64,000 bases of DNA, taken from contig CANLUS010000004.1 in assembly GCA_947494325.1 (NCBI GenBank), positions 223,321-287,320 on the forward strand, written 5' to 3'. Position numbers and translations under genes: made by a program. Origin of the DNA: an uncultured Flavobacteriaceae bacterium (lineage in GTDB: Bacteria; Bacteroidota; Bacteroidia; Flavobacteriales; Flavobacteriaceae). Within the stretch, counting starts at the first letter, position 1, and every line of letters starts with the position of its first letter. A model generated the notes under the pieces. The model was given only the letters and a program-made list of their open reading frames with translations, did no database searches and had not been told where the DNA came from. Shown one piece after another: positions 8,551-18,885 of this stretch.

Positions 8551-10248
8551 ATGAAAAAATTAATACCATTTAGTTGCATGCTATTGCTTCTAATAAATTG
8601 CAAGAAAAATAGCGAACCTACTCATGAGAAAGTTCAAGGTTTAATTACAGAAAAAGCAATGGTAGTTTCTGCTCGAGTAGAGGCCTCGAAAATTGGTACA
8701 GCAATTTTAGAAAAAGGAGGTAACGCTTTCGATGCTATGGCGGCAACCGAACTGGCACTTGCAGTTGCCTATCCGTACGCGGGAAATCTAGGCGGTGGTG
8801 GCTTTATGGTGTACCGAAAAGAAAATGGAGAAATTGGTGGCATTGATTATAGAGAAAAAGCTCCTCTTGCGGCCAGTAAAGACATGTATCTTGATGAAAA
8901 CGGCGATGTCATTAAAGGCAAAAGTACCTTAGGGGCAATGGCAATTGGTGTTCCTGGTACGGTTGCAGGAGTTTTTGCCGTTCATGAAAAACTGGGATCC
9001 TTGCCACTGGAAGATATTTTACTCCCTGTAATAGAACTCGCCCAAAGAGGGTTAATTGTGACTAAAAAACAAGAAGACCGAATAAAAAAATACCAACCCT
9101 ATTTTAGAAAAGTTAATAAAGATAGTATCATTTTCGATCACACTTGGGCGCACCAAGACACCATAAAATATCCGGCTTTAGCCGAAACGCTAACACGTAT
9201 TCTTCAAAATGGTAGAGATGAATTTTATAAGGGTGAAACAGCGAAAAAATTAGCGGCCTTCATTCAAAAAAACGGAGGCATAATCACTGAAGAAGATTTG
9301 TCCAAATATGAAGTAAGATGGCGAACTCCTGTAATTTTCGAATATGACGATTTAAAGATCATTTCCATGTCACCGCCGTCAAGCGGAGGCACCTGCCTAG
9401 CTCAAATCATGAAAATGATAGAACCTTATGATTTGCACACATACGGTCATAATTCTGCAAAAACAATTCAAGTGATAACGGAAGCAGAACGTCGCGCATA
9501 TGCCGATAGAAGTTTTTATCTAGGTGATCCAGATTTTGTAAACATTCCAATAGATACCTTGATCAGTAAAGAGTATTTAGATCAACGTATGTCATCTTTT
9601 TCATTCGATAAAGCTACATTGTCGTCTGACGTCACACATGGTTCCGTACAAGTCATTGAAAGTGATGAAACCACGCATTATTCTATCATCGACCAATTTG
9701 GGAATGCCATTTCAGCGACTACCACCCTTAATGGTGCCTACGGATCAAAATTATACTGTAGCGAATTAGGCTTCTTTTTAAACAATGAAATGGACGATTT
9801 TAGTAGCAAACCTGGTGTGCCAAATATGTTTGGATTAATCGGAGCAGAAGCAAATAGTATTGTTCCAGAAAAGCGTATGTTAAGTTCGATGACCCCAACA
9901 ATTGTAGAAAAAGATGGTAAATTATTAATGAGTGTTGGAACTCCGGGAGGCTCAACAATTATTACTTCGGTGTTACAGACTATTTTAAACGTACACGAAT
10001 TCAAAATGTCTATGCAAGAAGCCGTAAATGCGCCTAGATTTCATCATCAATGGCTACCAGATGTTATTTTAATGGAACCAAATTCTTTTAGCAAAGATTT
10101 GGTTGCACAATTAAATTCGCTAGGCTATCCTACAAATGAAGAACGCTCACCGGTAATTGGTAAGGTCGATGGTATTTTAATCTTACCCGATGGAACATTA
10201 GAAGGAGGAGCAGACAAACGAGGCGATGATACGGCTGTAGGGTTCTAG
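8551..10248 (+). CDS. ggt: gamma-glutamyltransferase (lipoprotein)
   Basis: 565 aa; GGT family motifs (GGNAFDAMAA, GGGGFMV, nucleophile Thr context TTHYSIIDQFGNA, GGSTIITSVLQ). Lipoprotein-like N-terminus LLLLINCKK. 3-nt gap after acpH stop. Confidence 0.9.
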   Translation: MKKLIPFSCMLLLLINCKKNSEPTHEKVQGLITEKAMVVSARVEASKIGTAILEKGGNAFDAMAATELALAVAYPYAGNLGGGGFMVYRKENGEIGGIDYREKAPLAASKDMYLDENGDVIKGKSTLGAMAIGVPGTVAGVFAVHEKLGSLPLEDILLPVIELAQRGLIVTKKQEDRIKKYQPYFRKVNKDSIIFDHTWAHQDTIKYPALAETLTRILQNGRDEFYKGETAKKLAAFIQKNGGIITEEDLSKYEVRWRTPVIFEYDDLKIISMSPPSSGGTCLAQIMKMIEPYDLHTYGHNSAKTIQVITEAERRAYADRSFYLGDPDFVNIPIDTLISKEYLDQRMSSFSFDKATLSSDVTHGSVQVIESDETTHYSIIDQFGNAISATTTLNGAYGSKLYCSELGFFLNNEMDDFSSKPGVPNMFGLIGAEANSIVPEKRMLSSMTPTIVEKDGKLLMSVGTPGGSTIITSVLQTILNVHEFKMSMQEAVNAPRFHHQWLPDVILMEPNSFSKDLVAQLNSLGYPTNEERSPVIGKVDGILILPDGTLEGGADKRGDDTAVGF

Positions 10249-10590
10249 GTTGATCAATCTCTGAATTTTCAAAAATAGAAACATCTTTAATTTAACAATA
10301 GCTAATTTATAAAATCAATAACTATTGGTCTTAAGTGATTTTGAAAACATTTGCTACTGTTTATTTTTTTTGGAACACTATTTGACTTAGTAAATAGTAG
10401 ATGACGCGAAGATATAATGACCTAATGTTAAAGGAAGTTGATTTTAGAAGAAAAACAGGAACATTTACAAGCTATTTGGCATGTTTTTTATACTTTCGCG
10501 CTGTTCAAAATAAGAAATGATACTTGACGAATTGTCAATTTAAACTAATACAATAGCTAACCCTTATATGCCAATTTGGCATTCTTAATT

Positions 10591-12498
10591 ATGGAAGAAA
10601 AAAAATTCGATCTCAATTCACTCATAGGTTTTGTCCTTTTAGGTGGACTCATGATGTTCTGGGTATACAACAATAAACCAACCCCCGAAGAAATAGAAAA
10701 ACAAAGAACAGAGTTTGTACAGGACTCTATTCAAAAAGCACAGCAAATTGTAACTCCAAAAGAGGTCGATGAGGAGAAATCGATTACTACTATTAATCCT
10801 AATGATTCAATTGCTGTCTTAAATGCACAAAACGCTTTAGGAGCTTTTGCATATAGTGCAACCCTACCGTCTGCAATAGCAAAAGAAACAACAATTGAAA
10901 ATGACCTTTTACGGATTACGATTAGTAATAAAGGCGGGCAGATAAGTGAAGTTGAGTTAAAGAATTTTAAAACTTATGACCAAAAACCTTTGTATCTCAT
11001 AAAGGATCAAAACGCTTCTTTTAATGTCAACTTTGGAACCAACGATAATCGTATCTTAAATACTAAAGATTTATTCTTTGAACCAACACTTACTTCTAAA
11101 GGAGAAAATCAAATACTTTCGATGAAATTGAAAGTGGATGCAAATCGTTATTTAGAATATTATTACGAGATCAAACCTGATAATTATATGATCGATTTTT
11201 CGATTCGATCACAAGGTTTAAATAATGTAATTAATTCCTCTCAAAGTTTAAATTTAGATTGGCAATTAGACGCTTATAGAAATGAAAAAAGTCTATATGC
11301 TGAAAACATGTATACTTGGTATTACTATAAAGCTGATGGAGATGTAGACTATTTAAATAAAGATGATGCCGAAACCGAAAATAATGTAGATTGGGTAACC
11401 TTTAAACAACATTTCTTTACATCTATTCTAAAGACGGATACACCTTTTACGACAGCTACTATTGAATCTAAAAACCTATCTATTGATGATGAAATAGATA
11501 CTGTATTTACCCGCAAATTCATCTTAAAAGCACCCTTAGATATGAAAGGCGGTGAATTGAACTATGCGATGAATATGTATTATGGACCTAGTGATTATAA
11601 AACATTACAGCAATATGAAAATACCGATCTTGATGAAACAGTTGATTTAGGCTGGGGTATTTTTGGTTGGATTAATAGAATTATTTTCATTCCCGTATTT
11701 AGCTTTCTAAGTTCATTTATGAGTAATTATGGTTTGCTCATAATTTTAATGACTATTGTTGTACGTATCATAATGTCTCCAGCGGTTTACAAATCATATT
11801 TATCGAGCGCACGGATGAAAGTATTACGTCCAGAAATGAAGGCGATTAATGAGAGACTTCCTGGTAAAGAAAATGCGATGAAGCGCCAGCAAGAAACAAT
11901 GGCATTACAACGCAAGGCGGGCGTAAGTCCATTATCGGGTTGTATTCCGGCGCTGATACAAATGCCAATATTCTTTGCGTTATTTAAGTTTTTCCCTACG
12001 AACTTGGCACTGAGACAAGAAAGTTTTTTATGGGCAAACGACCTTTCGTCGTATGATACTATAGCAAAACTACCCTTTAAAATTCCTTTTTATGGTGACC
12101 ATATTAGTTTATTCCCAATATTAGCGTCAATAGCTATTTTCTTTTATATGAAGATGAATCAAAGTCAGCAAATGAATATGCAGGCCCCAACACAGGAAGG
12201 GATGCCAGACATGGGTAAAATGATGAAACTGATGATTTATTTTTCTCCCATTATGATGTTATTTTTCTTTAACAACTATGCGAGTGGATTGAGTTTATAT
12301 TACTTTATTTCGAACTTATTAACGATAGCAATCATGTTGGTAATTAAAAACTACGTTATTGATGAGAAAAAAATCATCGCTCAAATTGAAGAGAATAAAG
12401 CAAAACCTGAAAAGAAAAAAAGTAAATTCAGACAGCGTTTAGATGATGCAATGAAGCAAGCGCAAGAACAACAAGCACAACAGAAGAAAAAAAAATAA
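10591..12498 (+). CDS. yidC: membrane protein insertase YidC (long periplasmic domain type)
   Basis: ORF 10576..12498; likely start at MEEKKFDLNSLIGFVLLGG (10591). Large periplasmic domain then the conserved C-terminal TM core (PLSGCIPALIQMPIFFALF, YFISNLLTIAIM) and a K-rich tail. Downstream hairpin+T-run. Confidence 0.9.
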   Translation: MEEKKFDLNSLIGFVLLGGLMMFWVYNNKPTPEEIEKQRTEFVQDSIQKAQQIVTPKEVDEEKSITTINPNDSIAVLNAQNALGAFAYSATLPSAIAKETTIENDLLRITISNKGGQISEVELKNFKTYDQKPLYLIKDQNASFNVNFGTNDNRILNTKDLFFEPTLTSKGENQILSMKLKVDANRYLEYYYEIKPDNYMIDFSIRSQGLNNVINSSQSLNLDWQLDAYRNEKSLYAENMYTWYYYKADGDVDYLNKDDAETENNVDWVTFKQHFFTSILKTDTPFTTATIESKNLSIDDEIDTVFTRKFILKAPLDMKGGELNYAMNMYYGPSDYKTLQQYENTDLDETVDLGWGIFGWINRIIFIPVFSFLSSFMSNYGLLIILMTIVVRIIMSPAVYKSYLSSARMKVLRPEMKAINERLPGKENAMKRQQETMALQRKAGVSPLSGCIPALIQMPIFFALFKFFPTNLALRQESFLWANDLSSYDTIAKLPFKIPFYGDHISLFPILASIAIFFYMKMNQSQQMNMQAPTQEGMPDMGKMMKLMIYFSPIMMLFFFNNYASGLSLYYFISNLLTIAIMLVIKNYVIDEKKIIAQIEENKAKPEKKKSKFRQRLDDAMKQAQEQQAQQKKKK

Positions 12499-12504
12499 TT
12501 AGTA

Positions 12505-12534
12505 AAAACCGAAGTTAAACTTCGGTTTTTTTAT
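12505..12534 (+). terminator. rho-independent terminator after yidC
   Basis: AAAACCGAAGTT-TAA-ACTTCGGTTTTTTT hairpin with T-run, directly after the yidC stop. Confidence 0.7.
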
Positions 12535-12580
12535 TCTTTTAATTTAAAGAACTAACTTAGCTCTTAGTAATAAATTCTGT

Positions 12581-13060
12581 ATGAAAGCTGCTACGGTTGC
12601 ACAAATAAAAAAAGAACTAACGTATCAATCTCAAAGCGAATTGATAGAACTTTGTTTACGTCTTTCAAAGTTTAAAAAAGAAAATAAAGAGCTACTCACC
12701 TATTTGCTCTATGAATCTGAAAATGAAGCTGGCTATATTGAAAGTGTTAAAGCTGAAGTTGATGCTAACTTTGAACTTATAAATACGAGTAGCTATTTCT
12801 ACATTAAAAAAAGTGTTCGAAAAATACTTAGAATGGTTAAAAAATACATTCGCTATTCTAAACAAAAGGAAACGGAAGTTGAACTATTACTTCATTTCTG
12901 CAGAACATTAAAGGACATGCAACCTACCATGTATAAAAATGTTAGTCTGACGAATATTTTCAACCGTCAAATTTTATCTATTAAAAAAACTATTGTCACT
13001 TTACATGAAGATTTACAATATGATTTTAATTTAGAGTTAGAAGAGCTAGAGCGTAATTAG
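12581..13060 (+). CDS. hypothetical cytoplasmic protein
   Basis: 159 aa ORF with no TM or signal peptide and lysine-rich sequence; no family recognised by eye. Confidence 0.5.
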   Translation: MKAATVAQIKKELTYQSQSELIELCLRLSKFKKENKELLTYLLYESENEAGYIESVKAEVDANFELINTSSYFYIKKSVRKILRMVKKYIRYSKQKETEVELLLHFCRTLKDMQPTMYKNVSLTNIFNRQILSIKKTIVTLHEDLQYDFNLELEELERN

Positions 13061-13161
13061 ATTCTAAAATCCTGTTAAAATTATTCCTATCTCAGTTCAA
13101 AACTGTTTTATTCTATTTAATTTTTTGTAATATCGCGTATAATTCAAATAATTAATTTAAA

Positions 13162-14733
13162 ATGAAGAAAATAATATTTACAGCTAGTATCGCAGCTCTA
13201 ATGTTGGGTTGTAGCGCTACAAAAACTGCTACTACTGCGACTGAGGCAGTTAAAGTAAAAAAAGATGTAACTGCTTTTGGCGAAACCATTACCGCAGCTG
13301 AGTTGAAAGAAGCTCTATACACTTATGCTTCTGATGATTTTGAAGGTAGAGAAACTGGTGAGCCTGGACAGAAGAAGGCTGTTGAATATTTAAAGAAACA
13401 ATATGTCTCCCTCGGAATTCCTTCACCAATATCCGAAGATGATTATTTCCAGGAAGTTCCTTTAATCAAGCAAGCTGCCCCTGATGTTACTATGAGTGTA
13501 AATAATAAGGAGTTTAAAGCTATTGACGATTATGTTTCATTCGGAGCTGCTGAAGATGGTGTTGTTACGACAGAAGATATCGTATATGCGGGTTATGGTA
13601 TTCAAACCGAGGCTTACTCGAGTTATGGAGATATGGACGTAAAAGGAAAAATAGTACTTATTAAAAGTGGTGAGCCTAAAAAAGAAGATGGGAACTATGT
13701 AGTCTCGGGATCTACTGAAGGTTCTAAATGGTCAAATAGACAACAATATGGAGCAAAACAAGAAGTTGCTTATACGAAAGGTGCCAAAGCTGTTTTAATC
13801 TATGATGAAAAAATTTATCCCATGGCACAAAGAATGGGTAGATCTGGCGGAAGAATTTCTTTGAAGGAACCTAAAAAAGAGACACCTAAAAGATATTTTT
13901 TCTTTGTTAATGGAACTTTAGCGAAAACTATTTTAAGCACAATTGATACTGACGATAAATCTCAGACGATTAAGATGCCCTTTACTTTAAATTATACGAG
14001 TAAATCAGAAGATATAGCATCTGAAAACGTTGCTGCTTTCCTAAAGGGATCTGAAAAACCAGATGAAATTTTAGTGATATCGGCACATTTAGATCACGAA
14101 GGTGTAAAAGACGGCAAAGTGTATAATGGTGCAGATGATGATGGTTCTGGAACTGTAGCAATTTTGGAAATTGCGGAAGCATTTAAAGAAGCTGCAAAAA
14201 ACGGACAAACACCAAAGCGTTCAATTCTTTTCTTACATGTTACGGGTGAGGAAAAAGGCCTACTAGGTTCACGCTATTATACAGATATGGACCCTATTTT
14301 TCCTTTGAAAAATACGGTAGCAAATCTTAATATTGATATGATCGGTCGATCTGATCCAAAGCGTAAAAAAGACACCAAGAATTATGTCTACTTAATCGGA
14401 AGTGATAAGTTGAGTACCGAACTTCACAACCTTTCTGAAGAAGTAAATAAAAAATATGCAAATGTAGATTTAGATTATACATTTAATGATGAAAATGACC
14501 CGAACCGTTTTTATTACAGGTCAGATCATTACAATTTTGCCAAAAACGATATTCCTGTTATCTTTTATTTTAATGGTACACATGATGATTATCATCAGCC
14601 AAGTGATACTCCAGACAAAATCGAATATGACCTTTTGGAAAATAGAACACGATTGATATTCTATACAGCTTGGGAAATTGCGAATCGCGATGCTAGGATT
14701 GTTGTAGATAAACCAACTAAAAAAGCGGAATAA
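13162..14733 (+). CDS. M28 family zinc peptidase with PA domain (lipoprotein)
   Basis: 523 aa; lipobox MLGCSA. M28 metal-binding motifs (SAHLDHEGV, GADDDGSGT, HVTGEEKGLLGSRYY) with an inserted PA-like domain (VKGKIVLIKSGE). Confidence 0.85.
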   Translation: MKKIIFTASIAALMLGCSATKTATTATEAVKVKKDVTAFGETITAAELKEALYTYASDDFEGRETGEPGQKKAVEYLKKQYVSLGIPSPISEDDYFQEVPLIKQAAPDVTMSVNNKEFKAIDDYVSFGAAEDGVVTTEDIVYAGYGIQTEAYSSYGDMDVKGKIVLIKSGEPKKEDGNYVVSGSTEGSKWSNRQQYGAKQEVAYTKGAKAVLIYDEKIYPMAQRMGRSGGRISLKEPKKETPKRYFFFVNGTLAKTILSTIDTDDKSQTIKMPFTLNYTSKSEDIASENVAAFLKGSEKPDEILVISAHLDHEGVKDGKVYNGADDDGSGTVAILEIAEAFKEAAKNGQTPKRSILFLHVTGEEKGLLGSRYYTDMDPIFPLKNTVANLNIDMIGRSDPKRKKDTKNYVYLIGSDKLSTELHNLSEEVNKKYANVDLDYTFNDENDPNRFYYRSDHYNFAKNDIPVIFYFNGTHDDYHQPSDTPDKIEYDLLENRTRLIFYTAWEIANRDARIVVDKPTKKAE

Positions 14734-14769
14734 TCAATTTTAAGACTAAATGTTAAAAAAGTTAAAAGA

Positions 14770-14798
14770 GCTTTACCAATTGGTAAGGCTTTTTTTTA
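14770..14798 (+). terminator. rho-independent terminator after M28 peptidase gene
   Basis: GCTTTACC-AATT-GGTAAGGC hairpin followed by a T9 run. Confidence 0.65.
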
Positions 14799-14837
14799 TA
14801 GTTACATTTACCTAACTATTACCTTATTTAACCTGCT

Positions 14838-15290
14838 ATGTTACTCCAAAAAGAACTAAATCAATTAGAAGAATATATCAATTCTTTTGAAAAAATCAAT
14901 CCCTCTATTTCCTCAAAATCTATAGGTTGGCATATTGACCATAGTCTTAAAGTCATTAATAGTGTCGTCAATGCATTGAAAGAATCGGATCCCACAGCAT
15001 ATAAATGGAAATTCAATTTTGTTAGATCCTTTGTCTACACCTTTAATTACTTTCCACGTGGTAAAGGAAAATCTCCAAAAAGAGTACTGCCGCCAAAAGA
15101 ATTAATTAAAGAGGACATTTTTGACCAGATTGTTCAAGCAAAATTAAATTTGGAAATTGTCATTGCATTGCCAGCAAAAAGTAATTTCAAACACCCTTAT
15201 TTTGGTAGGTTAAATCTGCGTCAAACCTTTAAATTTTTGAGACTTCACACGAATCATCATCTAAAAATATGTAGAGATATTCTTATATAA
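14838..15290 (+). CDS. DinB/YfiT-like four-helix-bundle hypothetical protein
   Basis: 150 aa; His-containing motifs (WHIDHSLKV, HTNHHLKI) reminiscent of DinB_2/DUF1569-type metal-binding bundles. Family assignment tentative. Confidence 0.55.
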   Translation: MLLQKELNQLEEYINSFEKINPSISSKSIGWHIDHSLKVINSVVNALKESDPTAYKWKFNFVRSFVYTFNYFPRGKGKSPKRVLPPKELIKEDIFDQIVQAKLNLEIVIALPAKSNFKHPYFGRLNLRQTFKFLRLHTNHHLKICRDILI

Positions 15291-15505
15291 AATGTTAAAA
15301 TTTAATAAGTATATACAAATTCTGTTATTCGTACGTTGTAATTATGGTGTTTATATGAAAACTATAGACATTTCTCAAAAGCTTTTAGAAGCTTTCATCC
15401 CTAGTTAAAATTAACCAACCGTAAAAAAACCAATTTCGCACGAGCATTTTGTGATGTGATTTTGGTAGTATTGAACATTAAATTAATTGATAAAAAAGTA
15501 TTAAA

Positions 15506-15784
15506 ATGGATTACAAAATAGAAATTTCGGGAGGTTTATTAGGTGGGAAAACAAATTTAGAAGGAACTCTTAATGGGCAACACGAAGATCTTAAAAAAGA
15601 ATTGTTAGCAGAAAAAAGAACATTGAATTTAAATCCAAATAAAAGCGTTGGCTATAAATATATGATTACACTTCAAAAAAGAAGAAACCGCACGGTTGAA
15701 TTCCTTTTTGACGAGACTACCTTGACCGATCGTTTTAAGGAGTTACTAAAGATTGCTGAAGTGAATTCAAAAGTATATCAATAA
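15506..15784 (+). CDS. hypothetical small protein
   Basis: 92 aa ORF with its own upstream AT-rich region; no recognisable motifs. Confidence 0.4.
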   Translation: MDYKIEISGGLLGGKTNLEGTLNGQHEDLKKELLAEKRTLNLNPNKSVGYKYMITLQKRRNRTVEFLFDETTLTDRFKELLKIAEVNSKVYQ

Positions 15785-15842
15785 GCGCTTTTTAATTTCT
15801 AATTAAAAAACTAACTTCGTGCATTAGCTAACTCTTAAATTC

Positions 15843-16964
15843 ATGAAGTTTTTACTCTACCCTGCCTTGATCCTAACATTGATTGCCTGTCAAACCAAAA
15901 AAGAAGAACCTTCTGCTGAAGTCGTTAAAACTCCATTTTATGTAGGGACGTATACCGATGGAAACAGTAAGGGTATTTATAAATATGCCCTGGGAGAGAA
16001 TGGCAAATTATCGAAAATTGGACTTGCAGCGACATCTGACAACCCTTCTTTCTTAACGATAAGTAAAGACAAAAAATATTTAATAGCAGTAAACGAAATT
16101 AGTAATGAGGACACCGTAGGAACAGTGAGTTCTTTTCTAATAAAAGGAGACACCTTAGAATCTTTAAGTACCGTTTCTTCTGGTGGAGCACACCCATGTC
16201 ACATTTCAATAAACGCCCAAAATTATATTACAACTGCTAATTATACTGGTGGTAATGTTGGGTTATTACTCCTAAATCAAAATGGAATTTTGAGCAGTTT
16301 ACTCGATGTACAACATCATTCGGGTAAAGGTTCTACAGATAGACAAGAAGGGCCGCATGCACATTCCTCTTGGTTCATTCCTGATAGCAATGAAGTCATT
16401 TCTGTGGATCTAGGAACAAACGAACTATGGTTTTCAACTTTAGACATTGATACAAAAAAATTGCTACCCTCGTCTCAACAAAAATTAAAAATGAATGATG
16501 GGGCCGGACCGCGTCACTTAACAATACACCCAAAACACAAATGGTTGTACGTGTTGAATGAATTAGATGGTACAATTACTTTAGTGAAGAAAAATGCCGA
16601 TGGGATTTATGAAAAAGGAACTACGATCTCTACACTCCCTGCCGATTACAGTGAATCAAATTCTAGTGCCGACATTCACATTTCTAATGATGGCAATTTT
16701 GTTTACGCCTCAAATAGAGGCCACAACAGTATTGCTATTTTTAAAACGAATCCAATAAATGGTGAATTGACGGTGTTGGACCATGAATCTACTCGAGGTG
16801 ATGCTCCAAGAAACTTTTCGCTATCACCAGATAAGAAGTTTATATTGGTAGCGAATCAAAATACCAATAATATTATTTCATTTATGCGAAATTCTGAAAC
16901 AGGTTTATTAAACTACGTTGATGAAATTGAAGCACCTAAACCAGTATGCATATTATTTCAATAA
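15843..16964 (+). CDS. lactonase, 7-bladed beta-propeller (6-phosphogluconolactonase-like), lipoprotein
   Basis: 373 aa; lipobox LTLIACQT. YbhE/3-carboxymuconate-cyclase-like repeats (GAHPCHISI, GPRHLTIHP, DAPRNFSLSPD, ANQNTNNIISF). Confidence 0.85.
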   Translation: MKFLLYPALILTLIACQTKKEEPSAEVVKTPFYVGTYTDGNSKGIYKYALGENGKLSKIGLAATSDNPSFLTISKDKKYLIAVNEISNEDTVGTVSSFLIKGDTLESLSTVSSGGAHPCHISINAQNYITTANYTGGNVGLLLLNQNGILSSLLDVQHHSGKGSTDRQEGPHAHSSWFIPDSNEVISVDLGTNELWFSTLDIDTKKLLPSSQQKLKMNDGAGPRHLTIHPKHKWLYVLNELDGTITLVKKNADGIYEKGTTISTLPADYSESNSSADIHISNDGNFVYASNRGHNSIAIFKTNPINGELTVLDHESTRGDAPRNFSLSPDKKFILVANQNTNNIISFMRNSETGLLNYVDEIEAPKPVCILFQ

Positions 16965-16992
16965 AAAATCCCACCATAAGGTAGGATTTTAT
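16965..16992. terminator. bidirectional hairpin between convergent lactonase and fsa genes
   Basis: AAAATCCCACC-ATAA-GGTAGGATTTT (one mismatch), flanked by A/T runs on both sides. Confidence 0.5.
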
Positions 16993-17013
16993 AAATCATA
17001 TTTAAGAACGAAA

Positions 17014-17667
17014 CTAGTTTCCTTTCTTAAAATCTGCTAAGAATTTTGCTAAACCAATATCCGTTAGCGGATGTTTCAATAAACCATCGATTGCTTTTAA
17101 TGGACCAGTCATCACATCAGCACCAATTTTAGCACAATCCATAATATGCATAGTATGCCGCACAGACGCTGCTAAAATTTGAGTTTCGAAACCGTAATTA
17201 TCGTAGATTAAACGGATTTCTTGAATCAAACCTAAACCATCGGTAGAGATATCATCTAATCTACCAATAAAAGGAGACATATAAGTTGCTCCAGCCTTTG
17301 CAGCTAACAAGGCTTGTCCAGCTGAAAAAACCAGTGTTACATTTGTCTTAATACCTTTATCTGAAAAATACTTACATGCCTTTACACCATCCTTAATCAT
17401 TGGTATTTTGACAACTATTTGAGGGTTCAACTGTGCTAATTCTTCACCTTCTCTAATCATTCCTTCATAATCAGTAGCAATAACTTCGGCACTCACATCT
17501 CCATCTACAATCTCGCAAATTGCTTTATAATGATTTTTAATGTTCTCACTTCCCGTAATTCCTTCTTTAGCCATCAAAGACGGATTGGTAGTAACTCCAT
17601 CTAAAATACCTAAGGCTTGCGCCTCTTTTATCTGTTCTAAATTTGCTGTATCTATAAAAAATTTCAT
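17014..17667 (-). CDS. fsa: fructose-6-phosphate aldolase / transaldolase-like (Fsa family)
   Basis: 217 aa; [16 protein letters not shown]...GVTTNPSL...[11 protein letters not shown] matches Fsa/TalC-type short transaldolases (Schiff-base Lys region VKIP). Confidence 0.88.
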   Translation of the reverse strand: MKFFIDTANLEQIKEAQALGILDGVTTNPSLMAKEGITGSENIKNHYKAICEIVDGDVSAEVIATDYEGMIREGEELAQLNPQIVVKIPMIKDGVKACKYFSDKGIKTNVTLVFSAGQALLAAKAGATYMSPFIGRLDDISTDGLGLIQEIRLIYDNYGFETQILAASVRHTMHIMDCAKIGADVMTGPLKAIDGLLKHPLTDIGLAKFLADFKKGN

Positions 17668-17764
17668 GATCTATTTTAAATTTTGTCAAATATAAAGCTT
17701 CCTAAAAGCATGTATAAAAAGATAACGCTTAATTTATTAACATGTTTTACAGTTTTACGAGACT

Positions 17765-18568
17765 TTACAACTTATAATGATTCATTAGTAATTTCTCATA
17801 TAACTTATCGGGTAGCATTCTTTTTAAAACGATAGAAAATTTTTCCATAAATGCACCGACCTTATAATGTCCTTTTGGTTTCCTAGTTTGAATAATTTTA
17901 TAGACTGCATTGGCCATGACCTCTGGTGGCATTCCACCATCGACATCAGCGTCCATCAATGCTAAATTCTCGGCATACTTTTCATTATAAGCAGAATCCT
18001 CAAATACTGGGGTGTGGTATCTTCCTGCTGCAATGTTAGTAGCGAAATCTCCAGGGGCGACATTCGTAATATCAATACCAAAAGGTTTTACCTCCATGCG
18101 TGTCGATTCTGTTATCAGCTCTAACGCTCCCTTCGTTGCAGAATACAAACCTCTGAAGGGCAAGCCCATATATCCTGCGATTGAAGTTACATTAATAATT
18201 AATCCCTTTTGCTGCTTCCTCATTTGCGGAAGCACGGCCTTCATCACATCAATAGCTCCAAAAAAGTTCGTATCAAAAACCTTCCGCATTTCATTCGTTG
18301 GTGTATCTTCAATAGGACCGGTAATACCCATACCTGCATTATTTATCAGTACATCTAACACACCTTCACTAGTTATAATATCAGTGACTGCTTTTTCAAT
18401 CGATGGAACATTAGTAACGTCTAATTCCAACATTTTAACACCATTTACTTCTCCTTTTTTTGGGCTACGACTTGTACCATAAACGGTCATACCCTTTTGA
18501 AATAAATATTCCGCAATACTTTTACCAATACCGGAAGAAGCACCAGTTATTAAAACAACTTTAGACAT
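17765..18568 (-). CDS. SDR family NAD(P)-dependent oxidoreductase
   Basis: ORF extends to 18664, but the Rossmann motif MSKVVLITGASSGIGKS begins at M33 (start ~18568). NNAG, catalytic S...YSATK present. The longer N-terminus would overlap the predicted ffs RNA. Confidence 0.88.
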   Translation of the reverse strand: MSKVVLITGASSGIGKSIAEYLFQKGMTVYGTSRSPKKGEVNGVKMLELDVTNVPSIEKAVTDIITSEGVLDVLINNAGMGITGPIEDTPTNEMRKVFDTNFFGAIDVMKAVLPQMRKQQKGLIINVTSIAGYMGLPFRGLYSATKGALELITESTRMEVKPFGIDITNVAPGDFATNIAAGRYHTPVFEDSAYNEKYAENLALMDADVDGGMPPEVMANAVYKIIQTRKPKGHYKVGAFMEKFSIVLKRMLPDKLYEKLLMNHYKL

Positions 18569-18652
18569 AAATAATATAAAATAAGAAACAAATGTAAGTA
18601 AATGTGTAACAAAATTGAACGTTTCTGTACTAATGAAGAGAATTTTGTGTAC

Positions 18653-18756
18653 AAAAAAAGGCAAGCTACCTACATCACACCGCTACGACCTAATACCTTT
18701 GCTGCATTCCTGCCCTGGAGGATTCAAAGGGAGCTGGTTGTGTAGGACTTGCCCGA
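18653..18756 (-). ncRNA. ffs: candidate signal recognition particle RNA (4.5S RNA, small bacterial SRP RNA)
   Basis: ~105-nt GC-rich island in an AT-rich intergenic region. Minus-strand RNA reads GGGCAAGUCCUACACAACCAGCUCCCUUUGAAUCCUCCAGGGCA[GGAA]UGCAGCAAAGGUAUUAGGUCGUAGCGGUGUGAUGUAGGUAGCUUGCC-U7. 5' and 3' ends pair. GCA-GGAA-UGC tetraloop helix with an AGG/AGCA asymmetric loop as in SRP domain IV. The 3' segment GUGAUGUAGGUAGCU resembles E. coli 4.5S GGGAUGUAGCUGGCA. Confidence 0.5.
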
Positions 18757-18885
18757 TGCAAAGTTACACCCAATTTCTAAATTTCCTACTGTTTTTAAAC
18801 TTTTTTAGTTTATAAAAAAAGTGTAAAAAATAAGTAGCTTATACTTAAATAATTATATTTGTTCAACTCTAAAAACTAAACAAAA

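Noticed and set aside
18615-18815. 66-aa Cys-rich ORF (MNVSVLMKRILCTKKGKLP...)
   Set aside because: It overlaps the GC-rich structured region interpreted as ffs RNA on the opposite strand. The compositional bias comes from the RNA gene, not coding.
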